A stretch of DNA of 57,663 nt from positions 11,445-69,107 of the forward strand of contig MQRK01197446.1 of the NCBI GenBank assembly GCA_001938485.1. Reading direction: 5' to 3'. Every line of letters starts with the position of its first letter. The first letter of the stretch is position 1. The notes below the pieces were generated by a model. The model searched no databases. It worked only from the letters and a program-made list of their open reading frames with translations, and was not told where the DNA came from. The translations under genes and the position numbers were made by a program. This stretch comes from Girardia tigrina (Eukaryota). Shown piece after piece: positions 14,201 through 26,400 of this stretch.

Positions 14201-14417
14201 TAATATAAACTACTTATAATTTATAAATAGATATCTTGCAATATAATATTTTTTGATAACTCCGTATTTTCCGTTTTTTCCCATTTTTGGATCTTAAAAA
14301 GATTTTTTCGATCAAATTTTAACATAATCATTTATTGTCATCGAGAATGAGTAAGTATGCAAAGTTATAAGAAAATAGATTGAGTAGAAGGCCTTCAAAA
14401 ACAGGTTACTAAATTCC

Positions 14418-14453
<36 letters not shown>

Positions 14454-17400
14454 GAAAGTAACTTAATAAAAAGAATGGAAAAATAGATTGAGATTCGGAA
14501 TTGGAAAACCAACAATTAGTATTTTGTCACATGAGATTTATTGTACTGATTTAACTTGTATGAGATTTAACTACTGATTTCTCTGTTTAATCTTTTACTA
14601 AACATTCGTCAGGTGATCTTGCTATGCAAAAAGATTAGGTGCCGGTAGTGTGATGGAAATTCGTTGGCGAGAGTGTACAATTAAACGAATTTCTAGTTCC
14701 GGTTAATCCAGGAAACCCTACAAGTGATCCGGATTGATGCGTCACAGAAAAACAATGTGGAAATCAGCTTGTTGAGTTTCTCTATGTGACACAAATCAGG
14801 GGACTTGGACTTGTCCAAAATACTTTAGTAGTGATTTTGGGTCGATATGGATTTCAAAATTTGTCAAACTTGAAACTTTAGAGTCGACATTTTGTACGGC
14901 CGAATTGTCGCCAGTAAACATATTTGAATTATAGATAAATTTAGAGTAGAAATTCTTGTATCGAGTTTCGTAAGCTGGATAGACTGTTTTCATTGACAGA
15001 AAGCTACAAAAACCGATTTTCATTGCCATGAAAGACAAATTAATATTCAAATTAAGTTATTGATTGTGGAAAAGGTGGGAAATATGGCATGTAATTCCAG
15101 GTGTCCGCAAGAATTCTCCAACTCTACATATTAAATTTCATTTCTTTGATTATAATCAATTATTATTTGATTATTTATTTTCATATACATATAGTAACAA
15201 AAGCAACTTCATCAATTATTTATTGTTTAAATGTTTTTAAATTATTGTATATTCCCGTATAATGTGTTAGTTTAATACATGGTGGGATAGAATAGTTATT
15301 TCAAAAATTGTACTCGACTTTTTATGCTTAAATAATTTTGTTAAAATATTTTTTTAAGAAATTGATTATTAAACATGTTTCAAATTTACATACTCCAAAA
15401 TCTGTAATTATAATTTAATATTTGTTAGTTTTTTTAAAATTTTAGTTTTATTGGAATGATGTTTTTAAACGTTTTAATAATTCAAGATATTACTGGATAA
15501 TAATGGTAAAATGTTTTAAAATGTAATTGATGACTTAAACGGTTTGATTTTGTCCATTTTGATTCTTTATTAATGGATTTTAGTGTCTTCAATTATACCA
15601 ACTCAATCATTCCCGCATAGGCCGTACTACGACTGAGACTAACAAAGATAGTTACTTTTAAAATAAGGGACATTATTTATAATTTGGTGTGATTTGAGAA
15701 TCGATCGGTATAAACCTTTTAAAAACATTAAATTAACTGTAAAAAAATTATAAATATGTAGCACAGTGGTTTCCAACCTGTGGGGCGCGCCGCTTATGGG
15801 GGCACGAGACTGTTGCAAAGGGGGCATGCAGCTGTTTCCAAAATATCATTTTCGAATACAAACCAAAAAAATCGAATAGGTGTCAAAAAATGAATCAGCA
15901 GTATACGTAATCCACAATTCTCGCCGCGAATTTTTCGGGTACAAATGCTAAAACAAAGGAGGCGCACCAGTTTTTTAAAAGAGAGGCGCCGGTACAAAAA
16001 GGTTGGAAACCACTGCTTTAATATTAATTTTAAAATGTTTTGTTAACTTTGATTCAAATATTTAAAAGAGTTTCCTAAAATCTCCACAAATACAATTTTA
16101 AAATTTATAAAATATAATTTGTAAAACACAGAATAAAATTGATTGACAAAATTTACTTTACCACATAATTAAGTTTTAAACGATACCACGCAGAAATTAT
16201 ATCCAATGCCAGATGTCTGTTAAATTGGAAGTACTTTGCCTTGCTTGTAGTTTTGATTTGTTCGGCCAGCATTGTATCGTTGAATCATGTTCTTATTATA
16301 CTCTTATTCTTAGAGAAAATGATTATCAGCTTGTAGACACTACAGTGTTAAACGTTAACAGATATCTGGAATTCATGCTACCAACCTTCTTTGTTCTTGG
16401 TAGATAATCTTGTAGTCGATCTCAAACGCTCACAATATTACTGAAAATCTCATACTCGTTCTGCAGTTATGTATCCAGCGACAAATATAATTGTCCTCGC
16501 AGTAGTCATACGAATTCTCTAAAACACCCACTACAGCATTATTCAGTTTTTCAAAAGTTTTATCTACATTGTAAGGTGGAACAAATGAAAGGGATAGCAG
16601 CAGCTTTATGAATAAACGTACACTTTCATCATTATGATAGGTAATTGCAAGATTTTAATTTTGTACTTTACACCAGAGGCCTTTTTCAAGATGAAATTGA
16701 TAACTGATTAATCTAGTCTTCGGAAATATTGAACTTACTGCATTTGACTCGCCTTCTCAAAGTCTAACATCACACTTTGTAATACTAGCTTCAAATTTTT
16801 CCTGAATTTTTTAACATACTCGGCTTTCTGTGTGGATGGCAGGAGTGCATATACAGTGAAAGCATGTACTTTGAAATTTTGCATAAATAACTCAGGCGCA
16901 ACCTTAAATGTCCAATCAATTAACCAGTGAGGATATATTTCAAATAGCTGTAGATTGAAATCTATTCCTAAAGAAACATACTATGAATGTCAACTGCTCC
17001 CGAATTCCACAATAGAAAGTTACCATTAGGGCTTGTAGCAATTAATGTACTGTAGATATTTGTAGCTAAATCTGGCTTATTTTTCAGTTACAATAAATTG
17101 CCCTCTCTGAAGTGGTAAATTCCACTGTTGCTTCAGCTTACAGGTTACTGCTCCACTGAATGATCATAAGTCTTGGTCTTTCAATAGTGGTTTCAGATCA
17201 TACACGTGTTAAGTACTTTCAATCTTTATTTTAAATCATAATTATACCAATTTAATTTAAAATTTTAAAAACTAAAACTAATATATAATCTAACTAAATC
17301 TAAAATTAACTAAGAACAAAATAATATTTAACATTATTTAAAAAAATATTTCCCAAAACTTCAAAATTTAATAAATAAATATAAATAATAATTGGCGCTA

Positions 17401-20400
17401 TTTTGTCAGGTTATTGAAGTCATTTGTTTACGCTATACTATAATCAAGTTTCCTTTTTGATTTTATAATCACAATCATATATTTGAGGGTTTATTCTGAC
17501 TTATATATCAACAGCACAGGTATTCAATTTTTACATTTTACTCTGATTTCATTATTTTTCTGATGTTCGCCAGTTATATTTTGTAACGTCTATACTTTCC
17601 GTTTGTAATTAGATACTTGGTTGTTGAATACATATTTATAACGGATTGAAGTTTGTTAATAATTATTATTTAATTACTTCTAATTGGTATTACTGACCTA
17701 AATACAACTTTTTTATTATTCCATTAGGTTTGCCAAAATGTTCTAATACACAATAGAAAAAAAATTCACCGTTTTTGGCTGTGTACGGCTTAGCATTGTC
17801 TTTCTGCATCAAGGTGCGCTTTCGGTTGATAAGAGCCAGTTACTTAGATTTAAACTTGTATAAAATACTTTCAGTTTGTTGGCAATACAGTTCGAGATGA
17901 TGGAGCGATTATTCAGAACAAATTCGAAATGGGAAATTCTTTCAAAATTCCACCAGACGCAAATCATGACCTTCTTAGCGAATCGATTGTGCTTCGTAAC
18001 TGACAGCTTTAATTGACTTTTCTGAACCTAAAGCCTGTCCCTATTGTGATTTACAAGGTACATTCTTTTTTCATCTGATGTGACAATCCTTTTCTGAAAA
18101 CGATCGTCGGAAATATTATTGAGCAATTAACGGAAAATTTCTTGTCTGTTGGAAGCTTGTGCTAAATTTCACTAATGTTGATCTAGACTTGGCGTCTTGT
18201 GCACAAAATTTTATTGGTACAAGTGACTTAATATTGTTTAGTGTGACTTTCCAGTTTATGACTGGTATTCAAAAGTTTGACAGACAAAGTGACTTTCATA
18301 TCTCTGGCGTCAACTGTTTCTGGTCGACCGGAACGGCATTGATCTTTTAGGCTTATGGCACCAGATGTAAATCGTTTGTACCTCCTTTCAATTGTAGCAT
18401 GATTAACTTTTCCCTGACCCTCAGTATCACATATCTCTTTTGCAGCATTTCTAGTTGATAAGTTGTGCTTCCAGCATTATCGGATAAAAACTCGAAGCTC
18501 CATTTTGTCAATTTCCATTTTTTATTTTGTTTTGTATTTACTAATAATAAATGTACAAAATGTAAAATCTAAAAACAAATCTTTAAAAAATATTAATCAG
18601 TAGTAGTTAGCATTATAATAGTATGTAAGTGTATTAGTGTATTTGTAACAAAATGTATTTTTATGGTGTACTAGATGATCCAGTAGAAGGTTTTGGCCAA
18701 TCTAATAAAATCTAATTCATTGGACAATTATTCTTTCTCTAGATAAGTTTTAGGTTTGGAGAAATAAATAATTGTTCTTAATAATACCAAGATTGATCAG
18801 CCAAAATCAAAACAACTCAACTAGCTTCTTACAATAATGATCTTAATAACATTTATAAATTATAATACCATTAGTGTAATGAAGTCGTCAAACAGTGTTT
18901 AAAATATAAGTTACAGTTCATATCTTATTAATAGATGTATTTCGCCACCCGCTGACAATTTTCGTTTTACGTACCCCCATTCAGTAGTCATTTGACTTAG
19001 AAAAAATAGAAAATTATGAAATTAATTTATTTTCATTTGAAATAAATATTAATTTGTAAATTCCACAAAAAATGATTTTTAGTTTGAAATTTCCAAAAAT
19101 CTAAAGAAATTTTGATTTTTATTTATTGTTTTCTAACCATAGAGCCATAAAAACATTACAAGACCTGAACCAAACTGATAAAAAGAGAAACAAGTTTACG
19201 GAAGCAGCTCTAAACCGGATTTATGACAGCAACCTCAATTTAAAATATGCTCTCGTTGGATATTTAGGTTTGATTTCATTACAATTTCTGTATAAATTAT
19301 TTGACTCTGAGATTCATTAAAATCCGTTTTTATTCATTGAAACTCCTTTTAATTTGAAATATTTTGTTAAAATTATGTTCTACAGATTTCACAGACCGAA
19401 TTGGAGATCATTTCTTTGATTGTGGACAACAGAAACCTGGATCAAACATTGAATCCATAGAAAAGTATGGTCTTGAACCCATCAACAACAAGCGTCCAAT
19501 AATTTTGATTAACGCTAATTTACCGTACGTGATTGAACATTTTTTTTAAATTTGACATATTTTTTTTGTTATTTGAACAATATTTTATTTAAGTAATAAT
19601 AAATTGTTTTAATTATATTTTTCTACTTCTTTGTTCAACCGAGAATCCTCTCAAATCGGGATCTTAGATAATTGGTCAAGATACCTAAGAAATATTTTTT
19701 TGCAAATCGAAGAAATCGCTAACTTTAAATGAATATTAATATACCAAAATACAAAATAATTTAATTCATCTGTATATAAATGCAAAAATATTGATTATAT
19801 AATCGATTGCATGAAATCACGCAAATCAAAAATTCTGAATAAGTTGGTCGAGACTACCGATTGAGCATTGATTTATGGCAACGTGACCTAATTAAGGAAT
19901 GGTCTTAAATATGGTAAGAGCAATATTGCAGAACATAGCAAAAATGTAAACGTGATTTTAATATTTATAATTTCAAGATTTTGTGTAAGCATTTTGATAG
20001 TTATTGGGAGAATAAATCGTATGAAGCATTGTTAGTTAAGTCACGTTTCCCTAAAATCAATGTTCAATCGGCAGTCTCAACCAGCTTATTCAGAATTTTT
20101 TATTAGCGTGATTTCATGCAATCGATTACACAATCATTATTTTAGCATTTATATACAGATGAATTAAATTATTAATCAGTGACTTAAAGATGACTGTTGA
20201 TCCGTCGAAATGTATTGTCTTTAAATATATTTTTTAATGATTGGAGGAATCGTTTTTTCAAATTTAAGCATGGGGCTTCATTAGCACTGCTTCCGCAATT
20301 ATCCTTTATTAAGACCTATTGGAGTTTTCCATCAACAAATAATTATTAATTAAGCATTTTAAATCATGATTAAATTTTCGAAATGATTCATCCAATCATT

Positions 20401-23400
20401 TAAAAATATTTTACAATATATATTATTTATTTAAAAATTTAAAATTTTAAAAAATAATTATTTCTCTGAAAATAATTAGAAGTAATTTATTGTTATGAAA
20501 AAAATATTTTTATTATTTTTCTTTTTAGTAAACCCACAACGCCCGCTGTTTCTTCTCTTCCGGAGAGCGAAGAGAAAAAAATTCAAGATGATAAAGCAGC
20601 TGGAAAAAAGAAAGGGTAAGTTAATAATTTATAGTGAATAATTAAAAATAGTAATTTCACTCATAACTTTGTTAGTATTTCGATGAAGAAAAGCTTTATT
20701 ATTAATATGCAATCTTTTACACAAGAAAAAAACAAAGGAATCAATGAAAATTAATCTTTAAATTATATTAAAATACAAAAAAACTATGAACCATAATAAA
20801 AAATAAAATACAATCACTTATTATGAATTCTCTGCCCTTGCTCTTCTAAAATTCGTTGTTGTTGTCAATGTACGGCTCCAATTATCGGATTTCGTTAGTA
20901 TGGGGTTGTACGTAAAGTAATTTTGGTTTTTTAATGAAAATGAAAGACGATCTTCGTATAAGAACAAATATTTTATTAAATTATATATTGGCCATTCTGA
21001 TCCAACACATATTTCCATCTTTCTGGTAGTAGCATGATTCCACGCTCATAACATTTTTGGTCTTTGCTGATAAAAAACTGATCCAAGTGATTTTGACGAC
21101 TTCATTGGAGGTAAAGGTTTTCCCGTCCAAAAGATTTTGTAGTCACCAGAACAAATAATAATCCGAAGGCTCCAGATCTAGAGAAAATGGTGGGTGTGGC
21201 AGTATATCCATTCAAGCTATAAAAGTTTTGGCGAGTGACCAAACTTGTATGAGGTCTCGCATTATCTTGGTGGAAAACTACACCTTTTCTGATGATTAAT
21301 TCTGGCCTTTTCTGTTGAAGTGCATCATTTAGTTTGTCCAGCTGATGATAGTAGACTTCCGAATTAATTGTTGTATTATTCGGTAAAAGCTCAAAAAAAC
21401 GACTCCTTTAAATTGGCTTTCGAAATGCTTTGAGCTGGTTCATCTTTTCTGCTCCATAATCTCTTGTGTTTGACATTGTTATATACAACCCATTTTTCGT
21501 CGCCAGTAATGATGCGCTTCAAAAATGGATCATTTTCGTGACGTTTGAGAAGCGAATCACAGACATCAACGTGATTACACAAATTTATCTCCGTGATGAC
21601 ATGTGGAACCCATATATCGAGCTTCGAGGTTAAGCACAGGCCTTTCAGGTGGTCGATAAATTTAACCTCTCAGCGATCTCACGTATTATTATTCGCTGGT
21701 TTGCATCAACTAATGCCTTTATTGTGTCTATCAGCTTCAACCGGCCTTCCAGAACGTGGTGCATCTTACGACATAAAAATTGCTGGATCGAAATTTTGCA
21801 AACCAGTTCTGGCACTGGCGTATTGTCAACACATCTTCACCATACACATCGGTTAATTTCTTTCTGACTTGACCGTATTTTTACCTTTCCTATAACAAAA
21901 GAAGTAAATTATTATGATATTTATCTGTTTATATAGTTGAGTATTTTTTATGATTAATGCTTGTAGACAAGTATTTACAAATGCTGAACAAAAATGGTGC
22001 TTCTTTCACTTTTTGCAAAGCATTTATCGTTCAATTCCAAGTAATGGATTGAAAAAGCGGTATGAAACGGATGCTAATTTTGTATTAAACATGAAAATGT
22101 TTGGTGCTATTGCATTTGTTTCTATTGAAGCAATAAAAAAAATCTATAAATAAAAAATCAATAAAAAAAATCTATGTGACAATTTAATATTTCCACCGGA
22201 AGCACAAGAAGTTATCAATTATTTAGAAGATGCTTGGATCGGACGTCCGACTAGAAACAAGTTACTAGGGAATATACATTTAGCTGTTCTTCAATGATTA
22301 CCACGAACTAAAAATTTTGTTGAAGGGTGGCATAGAAGATTTGAAGATCAAAAAGCATCCCACCATCCCAACATTTGAAAATTCATAGAACTTATCAAGA
22401 AACAGCAAAATGTCAAAGACATATGTATAGAACAATATTTAAGCGGCCAAGAACAGCAAAAAACAGAAGAAAAAATATCGTGACAGTGCTCAATTCAAAG
22501 AGACTTGTAATAGCCTATAAAAGAAATACCAATATAATTGATTATTCAAAATGTATTGCTCATAATATTTCATATTAATAAAATTTGTTTTCTTCTTTCG
22601 GTTTATATTTTAGGGTAAATAATTTAAGTTTATGTTTTTCATTAAATCTTTTGTCGATGAATTTTCCAGTGGTGAATTGTTGTGACTATGAATTTTCCGT
22701 CGATGAATTTACCTGCGATGAATTGCTGTCGATGAATTTTCCGGATCCCAGGTTTTGATATAAAGGAAATGTCGATATGATCTCTTCCATGTTGATATCG
22801 CATAGATGAAACAATGTTCTCAATTCGAAGATGTCTTAATCTTGAATGAGTTCATCGGTCTTTGGAATCAATTTACAGAATTTTGGGATGATCTCGAAAT
22901 AATAGGAAGAGAATTAAATCAAATATTTGATTTGCTTATCGTAAAATTAAAGTTAAATTCGGTTTGTTAAAAAAGTGATAATAACAGACTTGAAGAGCAG
23001 ATAGCGTTCTTTCGAATGACTTTTCACACCCTCTCAGACAAAAATCAAGATAGCAAGAAAAAGGATCGCAAAAGAAACGCAAGAACCCATGGAAAACTTA
23101 TTATTTTTGCAAATTCAAAGTGTTTTTTAATTTTATGAAATACTAGTAAATATTAGTAAAAATAATTGTTATTTGATTGTGCCAAAAATAAATAATTATT
23201 ATTCCAAATTCTTCAGAAATCGACCTCGTTCACAGTGAGATTTCATTATTTTACATAAGCGCAACTAATATACATTGCTGAAAAATATATATTTATATTA
23301 CTATTATTTATTTTTACTCTTACGAAATTTTCTTTTAAGTTCAAAAAGTAAAAGAGATTCCAGACGATCAAGTACAATCAACATGGACATTCAAGATGAC

Positions 23401-26400
23401 ATTATCAACAGTGTCTCGAAGAATGAAGAAGTGTCTATCGTTACTCCGGTTTACAAAATCCCGGCAGATCTACGTTTAATAAGTTTTATCGACGACGCTG
23501 TCGTGGGACTGTCTCAATTGACGTCAGTGTTAGAGCAAGCATCTGAATTAGCCAAGTAAGTCTTATTTTATGTTATGTTTTTTTTGTTATATAATGTATT
23601 AAAGATTTGTTTCCAATTGTATGGGAGGTCCAATATCACCAGATGAACTTTTATCATTTCCTTATGAACTAAATATTAGTCAGTTAAAAATTGAGTATCA
23701 GTCAAACGTTATTCCAATTGGGAGTATTAAAACGGGTATTCATGTTCATAGAGCTCTTCTTTTCAAGGTAGTTCAGAACTTTTTTTCTTGATGCAATATT
23801 TTTATTTTAGTTTTTGGCTGATAAACTTTGTATATCAACTAATCTACGACGAGGAGAATACAATAGGTCTTGGAATGAGATGTGGATAAATGAAAATGAA
23901 GGAGTTAGTATTAATAATTATAATTAATTAATGTTTTTCGTTATTTATATTAACCCTCCGACCGCGTATTTTTTAGTGCATGCGCATTTTATCAACTCGC
24001 ACGTTCGCATGGCAACTCAGGATCGGCTTTGTTTACTACAGTATGACAGCTTGAACGGGCAAATAGCTGGATAGCAACGTGAGAAAACATAAATAAATGC
24101 GAGCACGTCCAAATCACGGGATATGTATAATTATACCAGTAGATGCTGCACACGTAAATCGCGGGATACCCGGTCGGAGGGTTAATTGAATATGGCATTT
24201 AAATAAATATCATGAACGCATTACCTATTTGATCTACATTTCCTGGAGAAAAGTATTCTTTCGTTTTGCGAGATTTGATGGGTTATCGACGTTTAATGTA
24301 ATCAAAACTGAATTTTACAGTTTATTGTTGATTAAATGAATAGGATGGCATTTGTGGGCTGTTACCTGTCAAAAATTAAAAATGTTCTCTTACCATACAA
24401 AACAATTGGATGTTAATGGTGGTATTTGATATCATGTCTTATGACTATTGGGATTTTCTCTTGAATCTTATATTTATGTATAGGAGGTCGAACAAGAGGT
24501 ATTATGTATTCTTGACCATGTCTGACTTGTGTCGGCTTTCCAGCTGTAGCACTCAATATCATTTTATTAAGAAAATGAATTCTCAATCGGAAAAAATAAC
24601 TTTACACTAACATTATGTAATACAATAATAAGTACAATTTAGCATTCATAGAGTCTTTATTATTCATGGAATGAGACATACGCAATAACCCTCTCTTAGC
24701 CGCAATTGTCTTTTTGAGATAAAATTGTACCCAAAATTACTATGTCACAACTAGAGCTGGCAATGCCAGTCAATTTTACAATCCCAGGACTTAAAAAATA
24801 TGTATCCCTTTATACATAGTTTTCGTTTCGTATAGCAGTTTAGACTATTTGAAACCCACTAATCGAACTGCCGTTTATTATTAAGACGAATCACGCGTAT
24901 TTAGTAATAAATTTTATTTAAAAGCATTTCTAAAAAATACAACACCATAAATTAAATGAATAACATGTATTCAACAAAACATTTAATTTACAAACACTTA
25001 CAGATAACGCAACACAACATAAACATATTTTGCATTTGCTAGTATCATAACATAATTTACAAAACTTTTAAATGATAACACAAGAAACAAAGTTTGTCCA
25101 AGGTCTTACCATACAGACTAGAGTGCAGCTCTGTACAGAAATTATCCTACAGAGGAAAAGACAATTTCGGCTTCAAAGGAAATTCGCGAAACAGTGAGAA
25201 GATAAATATAGACCAAGTCCATTAAATATTCTCTCTTTATCACTCCCTCTGTAATGATAAGCTACTTAGCAATGAGACCAATAAAATCAGTTTCTAGAAT
25301 CGTCTTTTTCGGCTTCATTGACATCTAGATAGTTTCTTTCAATCTCTCTTCAATCGAAATCTGCGGCATTGTCTTTTTTATTTCAGTCTGATCCTTGGTT
25401 TGCCAGCAATAGTCACAATAGTATATACAGTCAATAAATTTGTATCACGGCGACACAGAGCCACAACTGCTACACACAGAGGTTTCAGCTTTTGAGAAAT
25501 GTTGGAAATTACCAAGAAGTCTTGTTTGGTGAAAACATTCCCAATTCGCAGATCAATGAGAGTGTTTTACAAGGCTGGTTCAACTTCAAGGAGCCGGGAG
25601 AGCATTCCTACTCAGCTACTTCAATGGAATTTAGAATCCGAATGAGATTCAGCTCAATCGAAGAGTCATCGATTATATGTGATTGCGAAATTTTGATTTT
25701 TATAGGAGACCGTTTGACTATTTTCACGATGCTTTTGGTTTTCTCAATTAATTCCTCTATTTTCTTCAGAGAACGACTAAAATGACAAACATATTGCTTA
25801 TCTATTCGAAAGCAATCACTTGATTCATCTTCTATGCCTGTATCTTCATCATTAGTTTCTTTTCAAATTTGATCGACCTCACCTTCAATTTCAGCATGAT
25901 GGAATTCCGGTCGAGTATTGTACAGTGTGTCTAGAACAGCCAAATGAATTCCATTGACAAGACATACCTATTGATTTGGTCCGATAAATGATAAAGTTTT
26001 AAAAAATTGTTATAAATTATAACTGATTAGCAGGGGTATTTTTGCCAAAAAGTCAAGTAATCATTTTTTACTCTTAAAGTTATAAATTATAACTTAAAAA
26101 GTTTTTTAAAAATAGATTTATAAAAACTTCTGTCTTTATTCACCTAAAATAATGTCAAATAAGGTGTAACTATTAAATCAAAAAAAATAAATTTTTTTAT
26201 CCATTCTTTCTGCTGGCAGAACTCTACTTTTCCAACAAAGTTTTTAAAATTTAAAAATTTTAATTAAAAAACACATTAAAAATTAATATAAACTACTTAT
26301 AATTTCTAAGTAGATATTTTGCATTAAATATTGTTCGGGAACTCCGACTTTTCCGTTTTTTTCCCATTTTTGGATCTTAATAAGTTATTTTTCGATCAAA

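Noticed and set aside
23038-23100. Extra Lys-rich ARMC3 exon (DKNQDSKKKDRKRN)
   Set aside because: Wrong phase and no suitable donor; the flanking exons already join in frame.
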